This document shows positions 59,831 to 64,000 of a stretch of DNA of 64,000 nucleotides, piece by piece (position 1 is the stretch's first letter; each line of letters opens with the position of its first letter). The notes beneath the pieces were generated by a model. That model did not search any database. It worked only from the letters and a program-made list of their open reading frames with translations, and had not been told where the DNA came from. Made by a program: the position numbers and the translations under genes. Location of the stretch: positions 27,344,001 to 27,408,000 of the forward strand of contig NC_086108.1 of the NCBI RefSeq assembly GCF_963921235.1, read 5' to 3'. The DNA is from Mobula hypostoma (lineage: Eukaryota).

Positions 59831-62019
59831 TGGAAGCAGATTTCCTCTACATAAGCTTTTAAAACAATCTAGGTTATTGTTGTCATGGTTACTAATGAGA
59901 TTTTGTTTTCTGATTAACTGAAACGTTGCCTTTGTGAGACTTGCACCTAACCTCTAGCCTCTTTGCTCAGTCTTTGGCTTGTTAATGGAATTATTAAGAA
60001 CTGCGACACCTCTATACCAATTACGTTACTGGCCCTTGTTCACCCTGTTCTCAGCTTCTGATTCTCCCTTCCCACAGAGAAGTCTTCATCATATATTTAT
60101 GCAGCCAGTCAATTGGTGCCTATTATCTCCTGAAAGTCTCTACCCACATTGCAAGTTATCGTGACGTGATGGTTATCTTTCTGGACAAGCAGTTTCAGAG
60201 ACCTGAATGAGTGATCTGCCTACACAGGATCAATCATCCTTATGGCAGCTGGAGAAATGAAATATGGTTAATTAAATATTTTTGAAATCAAAAATGATAC
60301 TCTCTGTAGCAAGTGCCACTAAACTAAAGGGCAGCCGGAGAAGTCTGACTTGATTGACCAATGTATTGGTCAAAGATGGAAGAAGGTCTGCCAATTTACC
60401 ACACTAGCCATTATATGAGTGTAGACCCAATGCAACCGATTGACTCTTGTACCTCTGAAGTAGCCTAGCAAGGCATAAACTCAATTCAGGGGTAATAGTG
60501 GATGAGTATTAAATGATGTCCTTTTCAGCAGAGCTTGTATGCAGTGAATGGATAAGATTAAAACTTCAATAATTTTGTCTGTCATTCCAACCACAAGCCA
60601 GAACTGTGTCCAGCTAAACTCTGATGAGATTCATAAAATGTACTTGCCCCTAATCCAGTACAAAATGCCACTATAACTTCCCCCAGTCCTTGGTTTTTCC
60701 CTAGGGCCTGTTTCTGTGCTATATTACTCTATGGAAGGAAGTATATGAATGGGCCAAGTAGACAAGAGGGAAAGTGATGTTATTTAAACTAGAGCAAAAC
60801 CAAGAAAACCATCATTTTTTTGTTCAAAGATATGAGAAATACCATTGGAATATAACTTTATATTCTGAGTTCTTTGGTATATTGAACTTTCAATTGCATA
60901 TCTATGGAAAGAGCAATGAATCATAGTCACACCCGGTTTCCTGATTTCTGAAGCTAGACTTCATCATTTGATGCCCATCTGTAGCATGGACAACATCCCT
61001 GGCCTTATGGCATGGGACCTCCTCACAATGGGTCTTCATCAAGATTTCTCTGCTGCAGAAAGTTACATGTGTTAATTATTGTCTGTTATACAATACTCCA
61101 TTTTTAGCATCATTTATTTCAAAGCTGAAGTTGAGTTTATTGTCACATGCAAAAGTACATGACGCACAGATGCTATGAAAAACTTAGTACTTGCTCCAGC
61201 TATACAAGCACATTACATTGGATAATCTCCATTCACAAGAAGGTAAAAATATTAAATATACACAACTTTTACAACAAATAACACAATTAGAACAAAAAAT
61301 ACATAGTATTGTAAAGTGAGCAAAGTGCTCATAGTGTTGCTATATTGCCATAGGCTGTGTATGTTGTTCAAAAACTAAGTGGTTGAAGTAAAGTAGCTGT
61401 TCTTTAACTTGGTAGAGTTGGACTTCAGGCTTCTGTATCTCCTGCCAAATGGCAGATTTTGTAATTGATAATATATTAAAACCATTGATAAAATGCTTGA
61501 ATTGTTAAATGCTTTGCTGAGTTCAATGAAGATCTGTTTCATAATTATACTTCTAAAGCCTGCAGTGAGTTGGAGGATTTATTTTACAGGACAAAATGCA
61601 GAACAAAGCAGCTCACAAATCCTGGTTGTGTGAAATGTTATGTAAAATAGCTCCTTCACTTGAATTTGCTGTTAAATTTTTGGATTAATGCATTATGATT
61701 TAGTTATTTTCACAGGAAGATTAAGAATAATAAATTTCATCTCCAAACTCTTCTAGATAACAGCTTCTTTCAGTAATAATTAATTCCAAGCCACAAGGCA
61801 GAATAATTGCATTGTTATTTTCTTTTACTTTGTGTACCATTCTGTATCCTAGATTAATTCCTAACATCTGCTACTGGGTCATACACCTGCTAATTTATTT
61901 TCTACCTGAATTTCAATGGTCTTTGCATCTGCTGTTGTTGCTTTTCTAAATAAAAAGGACAGGAAAATGATTTTGATCCATAGTGTAGGCACTGAATGAA
62001 GTAAAGAGTGTGAAAGGTG

Positions 62020-62500
62020 AAATCAAAGTAAAACTTACTGGTTTTTACATATGTACCATAAAAAGCATCCTGTCTGGATGCATTGCAGCTTGCTATTGCA
62101 ACTGCTATTCCCAAGACCATAAGTGATTGCAGAGAGTTGTGAACATAGCCTTAGTATATCACACAAACCAGCCTCCCCATCACTGGCTCCATCTACACAT
62201 CCTACAGCTTTGGAAAAGAAGACAACAAAACCAAGATTCCCTCCCACCCTATCAGGCACGCCCAAAAGTCTGAACACATGTACCACCAATCTCAAGGACA
62301 ACTTATATCTCATTGTTATCAAACACTTGAACAGACCACTCATATGTGAAAGTTGAATTTTTCATCTCTCAATCAACCACACTGTGGCCTTGCAGTTTAT
62401 TTGTTTACCTGCACTACACCTTCTCTGAGGCTGGTACATCATATTCTGCACTCTATAATCTATTTTCTTTGTTCTACCTCGATGTGTTACTGTACGGTAT
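62020..62500 (+). mobile_element. Old Rex1-like 3' fragment
   Basis: TIKSILSGCIAA and LQRVVNIA-like segments. Confidence 0.5.
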
Positions 62501-62623
62501 GATTTAAAATATCAGTGGAAAATTATATTGTGTAGTGGTTTCATTTCCGGAAGATGGGTTCTCATTTTAGTTCATCCGTAATGTCATAATTCCAGAATGA
62601 TGCATAACAAGGGAGACTTGTTG

Positions 62624-63925
62624 TGTCATAAAGGGGTGCTGGGAGCAGACCCAAATGCGAGACACAGACACTGAAGTACTAGGAACAGGACTTGACTAGA
62701 GAGCTGGGTTAGGGATATGACTGGATGCAGACTAGGAGCTGGGACAAGAACACAGACTTGTGCTAGGACATTTGGCTAGGCAAGCAGGACCAGGACAAGG
62801 AACTGGGAGCTGGGAGCTTGGGCTTGGACTCCAAGCCGGAGACTGGACAAGGACCCAGATCCTGGATCATGGCTTGGGTTCTTCGAGGCGAGGACGTGAC
62901 GAGGTTTGGGTTCTTTGAGGCGAGGACGTGACGAGGCTTGGGTTCTTCGAGGCGAGGATGTGACGAGGCTTGGATTCGGACTCCGAGCCAGAGATTGGAC
63001 AAATACCCAGAACCTGGGTCTTGACTCGGGCTTGGACTCCAGAACTAAGCGAAGTCATGACGTGGTCTTGGGAGACAGGACTAGGCGAGGCTACAGGGCA
63101 GAACAAGAGACTCCTGGGCAAGACAAGGGAACTCCAATGCAGGACGAAGAAACTCAAACACAGGATGAAGCACATGGACAGGACGAGAATACAAAGCCTT
63201 GACTTGGTACTCAATAACAGCCGAGCCTTGGACTTGGGACGACAGAAATGCAGAACGCAGAGCCTTGTTTTTGGGAAGGACAGGAACGCAGAGTCTTAGT
63301 CTAGAGCATGGGAACATAGAATCTTGGACTTGAGAGACAGGAACACAGGGACATGGAACACAGAGCCAGGACCCCTCCTTGGGAACAGGACTTGGGGCCA
63401 GGGTTCTATACAGAATGCTGAACACGACGAGACAGTTCCTAACACTAGGTAGCGGCAAACGGCCTGACCTACCTTGCAAAGGCATGGACACAGAGACAGT
63501 TCAAAACAACGATAGACAATTACTTATCTAGACGCAGCAAGGCTTCGCTCTTGCTCCAGTGGTAGAACTTGACAAGATTGCAGGCAAGGCTCTAGACACA
63601 GGTTGCAGGCAAGGCTCCAAAAGGAAGGGGAAGGGGAGGGAACAGTCCAGCCTCAGGGTAACAGCAAAGACGGCCTGGCTTACCCAATGGAGGCAAGGAC
63701 AGGAAGGGACAGATCCAACTGTAGGGTAATGGCAAAGACAGCCTGACTTACCCCACAGAGGCAAGGACAGGATACTGACAAGACAAACCAGCACCCACAC
63801 TGGAACCCAGGTCCACCTATATTCCCAGCCCCAAGACGAGCATCAGGTGCCTATGATTAAGCCGAAGTGAAGCAAGGGACAGCCGGAAGACCTGGAGTCC
63901 GGAGTCCACGGACCGGACCATGACA
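62624..63925 (-). mobile_element. Solo LTR (about 1.3 kb, Gypsy-like) with internal tandem repeats
   Basis: TGTCAT...ATGACA inverted termini, non-coding, strong strand-composition skew. The TSD is imperfect (TGTTG/GGTTA) and the orientation is inferred. Confidence 0.65.
62871..62973. repeat. 32-bp tandem repeat, about 3.2 copies
   Basis: Unit GGCTTGGGTTCTTCGAGGCGAGGACGTGACGA at 62871, 62903 and 62935. Confidence 0.9.
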
Positions 63926-64000
63926 GGTTATGTCCAAACAATAGGCAAAAGAATGAAAACAGAAGTAAGAATGATGAAATCAGGAAAAATGAAGTCATTT

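Noticed and set aside
62871..62973. 32-bp repeats as a CRISPR array
   Set aside because: The units are head-to-tail with no spacers, the context is eukaryotic, and there are no cas genes.

Overview
This is a repeat-dense eukaryotic (vertebrate) window. The mix of CR1, Rex1/Babar, L1, R4/Dong, Penelope-like elements (PLEs), Tc1 and V-SINE/HE1-like SINEs suggests a cartilaginous fish, probably a ray or skate (inference). I found no host protein-coding exon that I can support, so the window looks intronic or intergenic. Main structures: (1) An old class I-like endogenous retrovirus at about 24584-34032 with two partial LTRs, a tRNA-Pro primer-binding site (PBS), a polypurine tract (PPT), gag, protease, the RNase H C-terminus and the integrase C-terminus. 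It has no reverse transcriptase (RT), integrase core or env, and a full-length L1 with a target-site duplication (TSD) splits it. (2) A multi-level nest at about 46595-56760: old CR1 > Tc1 > {PLE; full-length CR1 > PLE + short non-autonomous element}, with most junctions resolved by TSDs. (3) Minimal hammerhead-ribozyme motifs in the PLE 3' repeats. (4) A 285-bp duplication that includes part of a Gypsy LTR. All calls were made by eye; family names and identities need alignment or HMM confirmation.
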